The position numbers were made by a program, and so were the translations under genes. The notes below the pieces were generated by a model. That model worked only from the letters and a program-made list of their open reading frames with translations. It ran no database searches and had not been told where the DNA came from. Below, in pieces: positions 38,461-48,896 of a stretch of DNA of 64,000 nucleotides. Within the stretch, counting starts at the first letter, position 1. Every line of letters begins with the position of its first letter. Source of the stretch: Candidatus Fermentibacterota bacterium (GTDB taxonomy: Bacteria; Fermentibacterota; Fermentibacteria; Fermentibacterales; JCC-6); assembly GCA_963845085.1 (NCBI GenBank), contig CAWJQI010000004.1, positions 1 to 64,000 on the forward strand, given 5' to 3'.

Positions 38461-40518
38461 GTGCTGTCGAACTTCAAACCGATCGTTTCAGTTGTTCTTC
38501 TTTCCGCAGGCGCCGCGGCTGCCGGAACAATGACCCATGTGTACAGCCCCGCGGACTGCGATCACGGCGTCAGCGAATTCGACGGCGGCCACATCCCCTG
38601 GTGCCGCTCGGGTGTGGTGGGCTTCGAGGAGGGGCTTCCGAACCTTCCCGTTGTTTCACTCTGCTATGTGATCCCGCAGGGAGCATCGGTCACGGGCGCT
38701 TCGATCGAGATCCGCTCCGAAACGCTCCTGGAAGGGTTCCACGATGTTCTGCCGGTCAGGTTCACAACCTTTTCAGAGGCGCCGGCGCCCTATTTCAGGA
38801 ATCCATCGGTCTACCTGGCGGACGATCCCTTCCCCTCTAACCCGGTGATCGAAACTTCCACCGGGAGCCGGACGGGGTTTGCGCTGGGCGGCGTGTCCTT
38901 CTGCCCGTACCGATGGCACCCGCTCTCCGGGCGTCTCTACAGGATCGACGATGCGGTGGTCTCGATTCAGTACGACGAAGACCCTGATGCGGAAAGGCTC
39001 ACGCTGACAAGCGGGCAGATCACGCACGCCTCACGGCTGCTCTCCCTTATCGTCCAGAACCCCGGGGAGCTATCCGCCTTCGCACCACGGGTCAGGAACG
39101 GCAACGATCCATGGCCGGTCTGGGTGGCGGTTGGACCCGCTGCCATCGAGCCGGTACTCGCACCCCTGGTGGACTTTCGGAACTCCGCGGGCATGGCCTC
39201 GGAATACGTCAGTCTGGAGTGGATCTACGACAACTACACGGGCTGGGACACTCAGGAGCAGATTCGCAACTACCTGAAGGATTCGTTCCTCAACCGCGGG
39301 CTTGTCTATGCCCTGCTCGTGGGGGACTGGGGACCCACGCAGAGGATATCGAGCCTCATGGTCGGAAGCGACAGCCTCGTGTTGAACGAAACGACCGACC
39401 TCTATTTCTCCGACCTCACCAGGATGTGGGACGGCGATGGCGACCACCTTTACGGAGAAAACAACGACTGGGTTGATTACTACGCAGACATCACCGTGGG
39501 CCGCTTCAGCTCCGACAACCCGAACCACCTTGAGACCATGGTGAACAAGACCATCGCCTATGAAACCCAGTCCAGCCCCGACCAGTGGCGCACCACCGCC
39601 CTTCTCTGCGGCGCCGGATTGTGGCCGGACGCTGAGCCTGACGGCTACTGGGGAAGTTTCGTCTGCGATTCGATCTCGAACAGGATCCCGGGCGACTGGA
39701 CCCAGCACAAGCTCTACGAAACATGGGACGGCCACCCCACGAACCAGATCGATCTGCTGAACGAGGGCGCGAGCTACGTGAGCGATCAGGGGCACGGAGG
39801 TTCGGGGGGCGTCTACTGGCTCTACGAGCCCGGTAACATGATAACCAACCAGAACTACACCGGACTCGAGAACATCGACAAACTCACCATACTTCATTCG
39901 ATGGCGTGCAACCCCGGCCAGCTCTCGGTGAACGGCTGCAGCGCCGAAAGGCTTCTGATGTGGCCGGACGGTGGCGCTGTGGCGGTGATGTACAACTCCA
40001 ACTACGGATGGGGTACCCCGCCCTCGATGGGACCTTCCGAACACCTCGAGCTCCACTTCGCGGACATGCTGTTCGTCAACGGGGTGGAGCGGATCGGGGA
40101 CATGCAGGCCGCCGCAAAGGACGCCTTCAAGGCGGCGGGCGGCATGGTGCTCCAGAACTGGGTGCTGCAGGAGAACAACATGCTGGGCGACCCCGCGACA
40201 GTGTTCGTGTCACGGCAGACCGGCATCGGGGAGGGCGGCGGCGCGACAGCGCAGGCCGCACTCGGCGTGCCCTGCCCGAACCCCTCGTCCGGAACCTTCA
40301 GCGTAACGTGGAGCATTCCGTCCCCCTCGGGGTTCCGGCTCAGCCTTTTCGACCTCTCGGGGCGAAGGGTATGGGATCAGGACCACCCGCAGGAACAGGA
40401 GACCTCCGGCCGCCTGACGGTTGCCCCGCAGGAGAACCTTCCGTCGGGATGCTACCTTCTGAGGCTCGCGGGAGAGGGGCTGGCCGCCACGACGATGGTC
40501 GTAATACTGGGTGACTGA
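38461..40518 (+). CDS. C25 (gingipain) cysteine peptidase with propeptide and T9SS/FlgD-type C-terminal domain
   Basis: Signal peptide; G.PNLPV propeptide; YALLVGD, VGRF, GHG and SMAC catalytic dyad; PNP...FDLSGRRV...LPSGCYLLRL tail. Confidence 0.88.
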   Translation: MLSNFKPIVSVVLLSAGAAAAGTMTHVYSPADCDHGVSEFDGGHIPWCRSGVVGFEEGLPNLPVVSLCYVIPQGASVTGASIEIRSETLLEGFHDVLPVRFTTFSEAPAPYFRNPSVYLADDPFPSNPVIETSTGSRTGFALGGVSFCPYRWHPLSGRLYRIDDAVVSIQYDEDPDAERLTLTSGQITHASRLLSLIVQNPGELSAFAPRVRNGNDPWPVWVAVGPAAIEPVLAPLVDFRNSAGMASEYVSLEWIYDNYTGWDTQEQIRNYLKDSFLNRGLVYALLVGDWGPTQRISSLMVGSDSLVLNETTDLYFSDLTRMWDGDGDHLYGENNDWVDYYADITVGRFSSDNPNHLETMVNKTIAYETQSSPDQWRTTALLCGAGLWPDAEPDGYWGSFVCDSISNRIPGDWTQHKLYETWDGHPTNQIDLLNEGASYVSDQGHGGSGGVYWLYEPGNMITNQNYTGLENIDKLTILHSMACNPGQLSVNGCSAERLLMWPDGGAVAVMYNSNYGWGTPPSMGPSEHLELHFADMLFVNGVERIGDMQAAAKDAFKAAGGMVLQNWVLQENNMLGDPATVFVSRQTGIGEGGGATAQAALGVPCPNPSSGTFSVTWSIPSPSGFRLSLFDLSGRRVWDQDHPQEQETSGRLTVAPQENLPSGCYLLRLAGEGLAATTMVVILGD

Positions 40519-40568
40519 ACGGGACGGGTCGGCCTGGCACTGATGGTGAATCCGGGGATCCCACCCGG

Positions 40569-43034
40569 TCAGCCGCCAGGTTCTCCTGCGGGCTGATACC
40601 CGGCTGCCGACTCCCTGATCTCGCTCATCATCTCGTGCGCCCTGTACGCGTTGTTCTCGCCTTTGGCCGGGGCAAGGTACTCGAGTGCCGTCCTGGCGCT
40701 CTCCGACGCGCCCGTGAGCTTCCAGTGCCAGTACCCCGCCGTTCCCCTCACCGACCTCAGCATCGATCCGCCGGATTGGGCAAGGAGCGAATCGGGGTGC
40801 TCGCGTCCCAGCATCGCGAGGCATGCGGTTCCGCATACCCTCGCAGCTTCTGCATTCGCAGGCTGGTCGATGCTTGCGGACTGGAGCGCTGCTTCGGCCA
40901 GCGCTTCGGCAGCCTCCTCGATGCGGCCTCCGTTCATCAGGAACAGGCCCCGGTAAAGCATGTAGAGGCCGGCATTCCTTGTCCTTCCGGCCTTCGCGGC
41001 CATACCGGAGGCCTCGTCGAGCATGACGAGGGCATCATCGCAGCGCCCCTTCAGGTCGAGGACCCTTGCCCTGAGGTAGAGCGTGCTCTCCAGCAGATTG
41101 TCGGGACCCGACCTTCGCACGAGGTCGAGCATGGTTTCCACGCAGTCTTCAGCGTTGTCGGGGCGGTTCAGGTCGAGGAATATCCTGGCCATGTTGCCGT
41201 AAGTGGCTGCGAGCCTCATGGCGTCGCCGACTTCGGAAGCCATCCTGATCGCGTTCATGAAGATGTCGAGTGCTTCATCGTACTTTCCCTGCATCATCCG
41301 GGCGACCCCGAGATTGGCGGCCGCCGTCGTTGCAAGCCTGTGGTTCCCGATCCGGCCGGCCAGCCTGCCCACGTTGTCATAGCATCGGGCCGCCTCGTTG
41401 AACGAGCACATCGACGAGGCGATGCCCCCCCGGGTGTTGAGGGCGTAGATGAGGGCTTCGAGATTGCCCGTGCGGGCGGCGCTTTTCATCAGTCCGTCGC
41501 ACCCTTCAGCGGCTTCCTTCAAACGCCCGGCCTTTCTCAGGCATGACACAATGAAGATGCTGCAGCTTTCGGAAAGCCATGTGAAGCCGTGTCCGAGTGC
41601 CATGTCCCTGGCCTTCCCGGCCGCCTCGAGCGCCTCGGCCAGCATGCCGTGCCGCGCCATCGCCCTCGCCTCGACAAGCTCAAGCCTGCACCTCTGCCGG
41701 TCCGACAGCCCGACCGCTTCGAGTCGATCCACCTCGAGCCTGACTTCGGAAGGCATTGCATTCCTGCGGAGAAGTACGAAGGACAGAATTGCGAGTTCCG
41801 CCGTCTGCTGCGGATCGAACAGCCCCTCCATGCGTTTACCGTCGAGCAACGCTTCCAGGGCCTTCGCCCGTGGTTCGAAGCCCATGTGGATGAGGATCTC
41901 GAGCATGAGAAGCCCGGCCGGCACTTCGAGGTTCCCTGCGGCAAGACCGGCCGCCTCAAGCGCCTGCTCCAGGAAGCCGCCCTTGAAAAGCCTCTGGCTC
42001 CTGTTGAGCTGGGCCTGCGAAAACTCCCCGGGGCAGTGGGCGGCGGCCAGCCCCCACAGCCTGGCTGCCCTCTGATGTGAAACCCCGCCGGAATGCACTG
42101 CGGCCTCGAGGTAGGAAGCTCCGGCTGAAACTGCGTCCCCGCTTCTGAGAAAGAGGTCGCCCGCAAGCCTGAGCGCATCGGGCAACCCCCCGGCCCTCTC
42201 CAGAACAAGCAGGGCCGCGCCGCTGTGAAGCCGTTGCGATTCAAAAGGGTCAAGCGAATCAAGAAACCGGTTCCTGTCCTCCCGGCTGGCGAAACGGTGC
42301 AATCCCGGCCGGACGGCGTGCCACAGGCCTGATTCGATGAGAGGCCCGGGGTTCTTCACGCATCCCGACAGGGCCGAAGCCTCGGCAGGGTCGAAAATGT
42401 AGCCCAGCACGGCTGCTGCGCGCACAAGACCGAGTAGCTCTTCGGGAACCTCGGGGGACCGTTCTTCCTCCCGGACGGAGACGTCGACAAGCTTCGCCGG
42501 AAACGGCGCGGAACCGCTTACAAGGGCGCCCAGCATCGGAGGGCAGCGAAGGTTGTCACAACCGGCAAGCGTTGTGAAAAGTTCCGACGTGAAGTCATCG
42601 AGTTCATCAACGGCGGGCGCGACAAGCACTGCCGGCATGAACCTGGCAATTGCGTCGAGCAGCCTGCACAGGGCCTCAGCAGTTTCCGCGGTCGCTTCGC
42701 CCGACGACAGATACTCCCCGATGGCGTCACGGTGTTGCTGCAACCCCGCGGCGGCCTCCATCCCGGGGGATCTGCCCCTGATGCCGACGGAGATGGTAAA
42801 AGCGATCCAGGCGTCTCGGAAACCGTCGGGTCTGTCACCTTTCCCGAACAGCCTCGACAGCCCTGACCGTATGCCCTGGTCGATCGGTATGTCGAGCATG
42901 CCGGGTCGTTTTCTCAAAACCGAGTAGAAAAGGTCCCCTGCATCCTCGCGCGAGAGCCCCCTGAACACGAACGGCAGGGGATCGCCCCTGTCGATGTGCG
43001 AAAGGGCGGCCTCTTCGATCCTGTCACGCTTCAT
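40569..43034 (-). CDS. Tetratricopeptide repeat protein (MalT-like TPRs)
   Basis: Repeats such as AAANLGVARMMQGKYDEALDIF and TYGNMARIFLDLNRPDNA. Confidence 0.8.
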   Translation of the reverse strand: MKRDRIEEAALSHIDRGDPLPFVFRGLSREDAGDLFYSVLRKRPGMLDIPIDQGIRSGLSRLFGKGDRPDGFRDAWIAFTISVGIRGRSPGMEAAAGLQQHRDAIGEYLSSGEATAETAEALCRLLDAIARFMPAVLVAPAVDELDDFTSELFTTLAGCDNLRCPPMLGALVSGSAPFPAKLVDVSVREEERSPEVPEELLGLVRAAAVLGYIFDPAEASALSGCVKNPGPLIESGLWHAVRPGLHRFASREDRNRFLDSLDPFESQRLHSGAALLVLERAGGLPDALRLAGDLFLRSGDAVSAGASYLEAAVHSGGVSHQRAARLWGLAAAHCPGEFSQAQLNRSQRLFKGGFLEQALEAAGLAAGNLEVPAGLLMLEILIHMGFEPRAKALEALLDGKRMEGLFDPQQTAELAILSFVLLRRNAMPSEVRLEVDRLEAVGLSDRQRCRLELVEARAMARHGMLAEALEAAGKARDMALGHGFTWLSESCSIFIVSCLRKAGRLKEAAEGCDGLMKSAARTGNLEALIYALNTRGGIASSMCSFNEAARCYDNVGRLAGRIGNHRLATTAAANLGVARMMQGKYDEALDIFMNAIRMASEVGDAMRLAATYGNMARIFLDLNRPDNAEDCVETMLDLVRRSGPDNLLESTLYLRARVLDLKGRCDDALVMLDEASGMAAKAGRTRNAGLYMLYRGLFLMNGGRIEEAAEALAEAALQSASIDQPANAEAARVCGTACLAMLGREHPDSLLAQSGGSMLRSVRGTAGYWHWKLTGASESARTALEYLAPAKGENNAYRAHEMMSEIRESAAGYQPAGEPGG

Positions 43035-43296
43035 TGAACCACGGGGGGCGCGTTGAACCCGGCTCCCTGATGCGCACCGTCTTGATGCGTGACTGCCTGC
43101 CCGTGATAATGGTTACATTGTCGGCGGTTGTTCCGAACTGGCCGGCCAGCCACCCGGAAAGGGCCAGGTTCGCCTTCCCGTCAACCGGCGGCGCGTCAAT
43201 GGTGATCTTCACCGTGCCGTCGGCCATCACCCCTGCGAATCCGGTGCGTCCGCCGCGGGTGACAACCTTTACGGTAAGGACGATCCCATCACTCAG
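43024..43296 (-). CDS. DUF167/YggU family protein
   Basis: [12 protein letters not shown]...[11 protein letters not shown]; full domain needs a CTG start at 43296 after GGAGGA. Confidence 0.85.
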   Translation of the reverse strand: MSDGIVLTVKVVTRGGRTGFAGVMADGTVKITIDAPPVDGKANLALSGWLAGQFGTTADNVTIITGRQSRIKTVRIREPGSTRPPWFNEA

Positions 43297-43472
43297 TCGC
43301 GTTCCTCCAGATCCCGGGCCTCCTCGATCAGCATAACGGGAATGTCGTCACGCACGGGGTACGCCAGTCTGCATGCATGGCAGACAAGCTCTTCGGAGGG
43401 TGCCGTGCGGTATTCAAGGTCGCCCTTGCACTTGGGGCAGGCCAGGATGGAAAGCAGCCTCTCGTCAACCAT
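43293..43472 (-). CDS. Trm112 family protein (59 aa, missed by the ORF track)
   Basis: [19 protein letters not shown]...[20 protein letters not shown]. Confidence 0.92.
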   Translation of the reverse strand: MVDERLLSILACPKCKGDLEYRTAPSEELVCHACRLAYPVRDDIPVMLIEEARDLEERD

Positions 43473-43481
43473 GAAGACCTC

Positions 43482-44714
43482 CTAGATAACGAACAGCCCG
43501 TTCCTGATCACGGGCACTTCCCCGCCGTCGCCGGTGACCCCGGATACGCTGACCTCGGGGGACCCGATCATGAAGTCGGTGTGAACAAGGCTCACGTTGC
43601 ATCCCGTTTCGGAAAGAGCCCGCTCGCCGAGGCCGGTTCCCTTTTCAATGCAGTCGGTGTAGCCGTTGCCAAGTGCGATGTGGCAGGACGCGTTCTCGTC
43701 GAACAGGATGTTGTGGAACACCCTGCCGCTCGTGTAAAGGGGCGAGTCGATCCCCACCAGCGCCACTTCGCCGAGGCGTGAAGCCCCTGCGTCGGTTTCA
43801 AGGTACTTTGCGAGTATGCCGCTGTTCTTTCGCGCACCGAAATCCGTTACAACGCCCTTCTCGAACACGAACCAGGCATCCTCGACCTGGGCGCCGAGAA
43901 CCGTCACGGGTCTCGTGCAGGCCACCCTGCCTTCCGTCCGGTGCATGTGCGGGGTGCTGAAAACCTCTTCAGTGGGGATGTTGGGAAAGAAGCGAGTGCC
44001 GTCCGAGGAGGCACAGCTGCCGCCGAGGAACTTCCTGTCGTGGTTCATCCCAATGAAAAGGTCGGTTCCAGGCCCGCGGAAGCGCAAGCCGTCGAACCGG
44101 TTGGCATTCATGAAGGCCGCGCGTTTCTTGAGCGCCGCGTCGTGCGTATTCCAGGCCTGTATCGGGTCGGGTCTGTCGAGGCGGAGGATCGGTGCGAGAA
44201 CCTTCCATATCTCCTCCTCCCAGTTCCCGGAACTGCCCAGCACCTTCGCCGCCCAGTGCGGTGTGGGCATCAGGAACACGTTCCAGGGGATCCTGTTTGA
44301 GGAGATCGCCTTCATGAACCCCTGGTACGCCTCGGAACGTGACTTCTGCATCCTCCCAAGCCTGCCGGGATCGACCCCCTCCATCAAATCGGGGTTTTCG
44401 GGGCCGCGAAGCGCGAGGCTGCGCCAGTTCTCCTTCACGATAGTGTCGAGCATGCCGCTGGTGAACCCCGGCATGTGGTCGAGGTACTCGGGCCTTGCGG
44501 AACGGTCAACCCTCGTCCTCTCGAGCACGGGATCATCCATCGAGAGGTGTACGTACATGGCGCCGAGGTCGTAGGCCCTTTTCGCGAGCAGCCCTGCGAA
44601 CTCCCTGTGGAAAGGCTCGGTGCGGATCCAGAGAACCTGCCCCTCACCGATCCCGAGTGCTCCCTTCAGGATGACGTCTGCGCACGCTTCATGAAATCTG
44701 GCGATACTGGTCAT
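43482..44714 (-). CDS. M29 aminopeptidase (AmpS/aminopeptidase II)
   Basis: PNIPTEEVFSTP, LGEVALV, LFDENASCHIALG, SLVHTDFM. Confidence 0.93.
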   Translation of the reverse strand: MTSIARFHEACADVILKGALGIGEGQVLWIRTEPFHREFAGLLAKRAYDLGAMYVHLSMDDPVLERTRVDRSARPEYLDHMPGFTSGMLDTIVKENWRSLALRGPENPDLMEGVDPGRLGRMQKSRSEAYQGFMKAISSNRIPWNVFLMPTPHWAAKVLGSSGNWEEEIWKVLAPILRLDRPDPIQAWNTHDAALKKRAAFMNANRFDGLRFRGPGTDLFIGMNHDRKFLGGSCASSDGTRFFPNIPTEEVFSTPHMHRTEGRVACTRPVTVLGAQVEDAWFVFEKGVVTDFGARKNSGILAKYLETDAGASRLGEVALVGIDSPLYTSGRVFHNILFDENASCHIALGNGYTDCIEKGTGLGERALSETGCNVSLVHTDFMIGSPEVSVSGVTGDGGEVPVIRNGLFVI

Positions 44715-44724
44715 GTCAACTCCC

Positions 44725-45441
44725 CTAGATCAGACCGAGAAAATCAACGGCAAGGGCCCTGTAGGGCATTCCCCCCGTTTCGAGAACATCCATGAACTGA
44801 AGGCTAATCCTGACCTGGCCAAAGCTCTGCCAGTAGACCTCGAAGTTCAGGAAACCGCCGGAATTGTCGAACCTGTACTCCCGCTCGCCGTCGGTGGCAA
44901 GGTCCCAGTCCATTGCGAGGCCGAAACCTGCGGGGAGGGTCTTGTCCACCCCCGCCCAGCCGCCGAGGTGCTCGGGCGAGTCGGTGGTGATGCTGCCGCC
45001 TACGTGGAAGGCGGTCTCCCCCAGGGGATCGGCAAAGTTCTTGCTGGCGACGAGGTAAAAGCCCCTTTCGGGTCTCGAGTACTCCCCGCCTCCCCTTGGA
45101 TGCTCGATCTCGTTGTCAAAACCGAGTGCGAGCGCCGGGAATGTCCTGCGTTCGTCGAGGAACCGGAACCTGGCCTTCAGGTAGACCTTGTCGAACCAGT
45201 CCGGCGAAGACATCCCCGTAACGTTGTAGCCGCCGTAGCCAATGCCGGCCATCAGCCTCGGCAGCAAACCCGCCTGGAGGGAGAATGTCAGATTGTCGGT
45301 CGGAAAGGTTCCCAGTGAAATGTACAGGGTTCTTGGGGCGACGACTCCTGCTGTGGGCTCAGCCACGGTTCGTATGAGTTCAGCCCCGGTTGCCGCCGGC
45401 GCCAGAAGAAGCAGGGCCGACAAACCTAGCAGTGCTTTCAA
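44725..45441 (-). CDS. YjbH-like outer-membrane beta-barrel protein
   Basis: Signal peptide; EPTAG, FPALALGFD, FYLVASK amphipathic strands. Confidence 0.6.
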   Translation of the reverse strand: MKALLGLSALLLLAPAATGAELIRTVAEPTAGVVAPRTLYISLGTFPTDNLTFSLQAGLLPRLMAGIGYGGYNVTGMSSPDWFDKVYLKARFRFLDERRTFPALALGFDNEIEHPRGGGEYSRPERGFYLVASKNFADPLGETAFHVGGSITTDSPEHLGGWAGVDKTLPAGFGLAMDWDLATDGEREYRFDNSGGFLNFEVYWQSFGQVRISLQFMDVLETGGMPYRALAVDFLGLI

Positions 45442-48400
45442 CGCTTCCCACCTCCAAGGTACAAGGACACGACGGCGGTGTCACCGAGAAACTCCCTCAG
45501 GTCCGCAAGCAGTTTTCTGTCAGGGTTCACACGTATGCTGCGGGACTCACCAACATACAACCTTCCCGTTATTCCACAATCCATTTCAACAAATACCGGG
45601 CCGCTTCCGGGATGTTCCCTGAAAAGCTCGACCACGCGGCTGAAGACCTCTGTCGGAACGCCGTCACCTGTGATCCGAACCCTTACCCTGACCCCCGAAG
45701 CCTGCCGCAGCTCGTCGAGAAAATCGATCCTCTCCACGCAGAACCTTGCCTCGCCCCGGCCGTTCAGCACTTTCCCGTGCACAAGGAGGGGCTTGCCTGA
45801 TTCCAGCCTGGATCCGCACTTTTCAAGTGATTCAGCCCAGATCGTGGCCTCGCAGGAATCCGACACCCCCGAGAGAACAACGAACGCCATTCTGCCCCGC
45901 TGGGTGTCGCGATACCTGACGGCCTCAACCGTGGCGGCCACGGAAACCATCTGTGAACCGCGGTGCTGCATGACCGTTCCGGGGGTGTGCGTGGCGTACG
46001 ACCTTGCCTCCTCGGCGTACTCGTCGAGGGGGTGACCGGTGAGGTAGAAGCCCAGGAGCTCCTTCTCCCCCCGCAGCATGTCTTCCCTCGGCATCTCCTC
46101 CAATTCCGGCAGCGGTGGGGCGGCAGGCTCGGACGAAACGGCCGACCCGAAGAGCGACATCTGACCGGCTTCTTTGTGTTTCCTGAATGCTGCGGCATAG
46201 GCGAGGACCCTGTCGACCGAGGCCAGCAGAGCCGACCTCCTGCCCGGAAGGCAGTCGAGCGCGCCCGCGCTGATCAGCGATTCAAGAACCTTTTTGTTCA
46301 GGCTGTTCGAGACTCTTCCGGCAAGATCGTGCATGCCCGTGAAGGGGCCGCCCTGGCGGCGCGCCTCGACTATCTCGGAAGCGGGGCTCTCCCCCACGTT
46401 CTTGATGGCCTTCAGCGCGTAGACGATGCTGCCGGCTTCGTCAACGTCGAACTCGACAAGGCTGCCGTTGACCGAGGGGGGCAGGATCGTGAGCCCCATC
46501 CTCCCGGCTTCAGTCATTAGTGCCGCAAGCCTTTCCGTGCTCGCGATCTCGCTTGACATGGTCGCAGCGATGAACTCGGCGGGATGGTGGGCCTTCAGGT
46601 ACGCTGTCCAGTAGGCGATTATGGCGTAGCACACGGAATGGGACTTGTTGAAACCGTACTCGCCGAAGCGCCTGATGTGATCGTATATCTCGCGGGCCTT
46701 CCGCTCGGAGATGCCGCGCGACCTTGCGCCCGAGATGAATGCCTCCCCGAAGGAAGCCATCTCGTCGGCGTTCTTTTTGCTGATCGCCCGCCTCAGGCTG
46801 TCGGCCTCGGCCATGCTCATGCCGGCGAAACGGTTCGCGATATCCATGACCTGTTCCTGGTAGACTATCACGCCGTGGGTTTCGCCGAGGATGTCCTGCA
46901 GCTCGGGAATCGTGTCCTTTACGGCCCTGCCGTCTGAGGACTTTCTTTTGTTTTCGGCGTAGACGTCAATCATGTGCATGGATCCCGGCCTGAAGATCGC
47001 CACGGCCGCAGTGACGTCGTCGAACCTGTCCACCCCGATCTTTCGCAGGGCATCCCGCATGCCGGGGCTTTCCAGCTGAAATACGCCGGTTGTCTCAACC
47101 CTGTTCAAAAGCCCGAGGGTGTCGGGGTCGTCGCGGGGAACCGCCTCGATGCTGAACCCGGGAAGCCTTCTTCGAATCATCTCCTGCGCGTGGTGAAGGA
47201 CGGTCACGGTCCGGAGGCCGAGAACATCGAGCTTCATCAGCCCTATCTTCTCCGCCGACTTCATTTCGTACTGGGTCGTGAGCCCCTTTTCCCGGGAGAA
47301 GCAGAGCGGAACGAAATCGATGAGGTCGCCGGGCGTGATGACGACGCCCGCCGCATGAACGCCGCTGTGCCTCGCAACCCCTGACAGCTCGTCGCAGTAC
47401 CTGAAAAGCCTTGCCACCTCGGGGTCGCCCCCGATCTCCTGCGCGAGCTCGGGAACCTGTTTCGCAACGGCCTCGAGGGAAAGGTCCTGGTCCTGCACGG
47501 TCGCCACCAGCTTTGAGAGCCTGTCGCCGGTTTCGTAGGGCATGCCCATCACGCGGGCCACGTCGCGGACCGCAGCCCTGTTCTTCATCCTGTTGAACGA
47601 AACGATCTGACAGACACGGTTCTGCCCGTACTTGGAAACGATGTGGGAGATGACCTCTCCCCGGCGCTCGTAGCAAACGTCCATGTCGATGTCGGGCATC
47701 TGCTTCCTGGCCGGGTTCAGGAACCGCTCGAAACTCAGTCCGTACTGAAGGGGGTTCACGTCGGTGATGCCGATCGCCCAGGAGACAAGGCTTCCTGCGG
47801 CGCTTCCCCTGCCCGGCCCGAGAGGTATCCCCTGTGACCTTGCCCAGCCGGCGAGTTCGCTCACGATAAGGAAATATCCCGGAAAGCCCATGTCGCAGAT
47901 GACGTTCAGTTCGTATAGAAGCCTGTCCGTCTCCTCTTTGCCGGGTGCCCGTCCGAGCCTTGCAAAAAGCCCATCGGAAGCGATCCGCCTGAGGTGGCTG
48001 CCGAGGTTCTCTTCGCCTTCGGGAAGCGGGTAGTCCGGAAGCAGAAAGCCGCCCTTGGAGAAGCTGAAGCTGCACTGGTCGGCGATTTTGACTGAGTTGC
48101 CGACGGCTTCGGGGATCCACGAGAACAACCTTGCCATCTCGGCGGGGGTTTTGACGTAGAACTCGTTGGTACCGAATTTCATGCGGCCCGGATCGGTCAG
48201 CGTCTTCTTCGTCTGCAGGCAGAGCAGCACCTCGTGCACCTCGGCATGTTCGCTCTTCAGGTAGTGGGCATCGTTGGTGGCCACGGGGAGTGCGCCGGTC
48301 TCGCGCGCGAGATCGGCGAGCCCCTGCAGGATGTTCTTTTCCTCGGGAAGCCCGTGGTCCATGAGTTCGATGAAGAACCTGTCCGGACCGACAAGGTCCT

Positions 48401-48896
48401 GGTAGAAGCGGACCGCGGCAACCGCATCATTCCTCCTGCCACGGGTGAGGCTCAGCGCGACCTCTCCCTGAAGGCAGGCGGAACCGATGACAAGCCCCCG
48501 GCTGTATTTGGAGAGGATCTCCCTGTCGATCCTGGGCCGGCGGTAGAAACCTTCTATCCAGCCGAGGCTGGACAGCCTGCAAAGGTTTCTGTAACCCTCT
48601 TCATCCGCCGCGAGAAGCGTAAGGTGCCTGTAGCCCTCCCCCGGTTCGTCGCTTTTTTCGAGCCTGCTCCCGGGGGCGATGTAGGCTTCCATTCCAACAA
48701 TGGGCTTTATGCCGCTGCTCTTCATCACATCGCAGAAGTGCACGGCCCCGTAAAGGCTTCCGTGGTCGGTTACGGCAACCGCATCCATGCCGTTCTCACC
48801 GACAAAGGGACCCAGCTTCTCGAACCTTATCGCACCGTCGAGAAGGCTGTACTCGGAATGAAGGTGAAGGTGGACGAATCGGGGAGAGTCACTCAT
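45438..48896 (-). CDS. dnaE: DNA polymerase III alpha subunit
   Basis: HLHLHSEYSLLDG, GPGRGSAAGS, MPDIDMD, YGFNKSHS. Confidence 0.97.
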   Translation of the reverse strand: MSDSPRFVHLHLHSEYSLLDGAIRFEKLGPFVGENGMDAVAVTDHGSLYGAVHFCDVMKSSGIKPIVGMEAYIAPGSRLEKSDEPGEGYRHLTLLAADEEGYRNLCRLSSLGWIEGFYRRPRIDREILSKYSRGLVIGSACLQGEVALSLTRGRRNDAVAAVRFYQDLVGPDRFFIELMDHGLPEEKNILQGLADLARETGALPVATNDAHYLKSEHAEVHEVLLCLQTKKTLTDPGRMKFGTNEFYVKTPAEMARLFSWIPEAVGNSVKIADQCSFSFSKGGFLLPDYPLPEGEENLGSHLRRIASDGLFARLGRAPGKEETDRLLYELNVICDMGFPGYFLIVSELAGWARSQGIPLGPGRGSAAGSLVSWAIGITDVNPLQYGLSFERFLNPARKQMPDIDMDVCYERRGEVISHIVSKYGQNRVCQIVSFNRMKNRAAVRDVARVMGMPYETGDRLSKLVATVQDQDLSLEAVAKQVPELAQEIGGDPEVARLFRYCDELSGVARHSGVHAAGVVITPGDLIDFVPLCFSREKGLTTQYEMKSAEKIGLMKLDVLGLRTVTVLHHAQEMIRRRLPGFSIEAVPRDDPDTLGLLNRVETTGVFQLESPGMRDALRKIGVDRFDDVTAAVAIFRPGSMHMIDVYAENKRKSSDGRAVKDTIPELQDILGETHGVIVYQEQVMDIANRFAGMSMAEADSLRRAISKKNADEMASFGEAFISGARSRGISERKAREIYDHIRRFGEYGFNKSHSVCYAIIAYWTAYLKAHHPAEFIAATMSSEIASTERLAALMTEAGRMGLTILPPSVNGSLVEFDVDEAGSIVYALKAIKNVGESPASEIVEARRQGGPFTGMHDLAGRVSNSLNKKVLESLISAGALDCLPGRRSALLASVDRVLAYAAAFRKHKEAGQMSLFGSAVSSEPAAPPLPELEEMPREDMLRGEKELLGFYLTGHPLDEYAEEARSYATHTPGTVMQHRGSQMVSVAATVEAVRYRDTQRGRMAFVVLSGVSDSCEATIWAESLEKCGSRLESGKPLLVHGKVLNGRGEARFCVERIDFLDELRQASGVRVRVRITGDGVPTEVFSRVVELFREHPGSGPVFVEMDCGITGRLYVGESRSIRVNPDRKLLADLREFLGDTAVVSLYLGGGKR

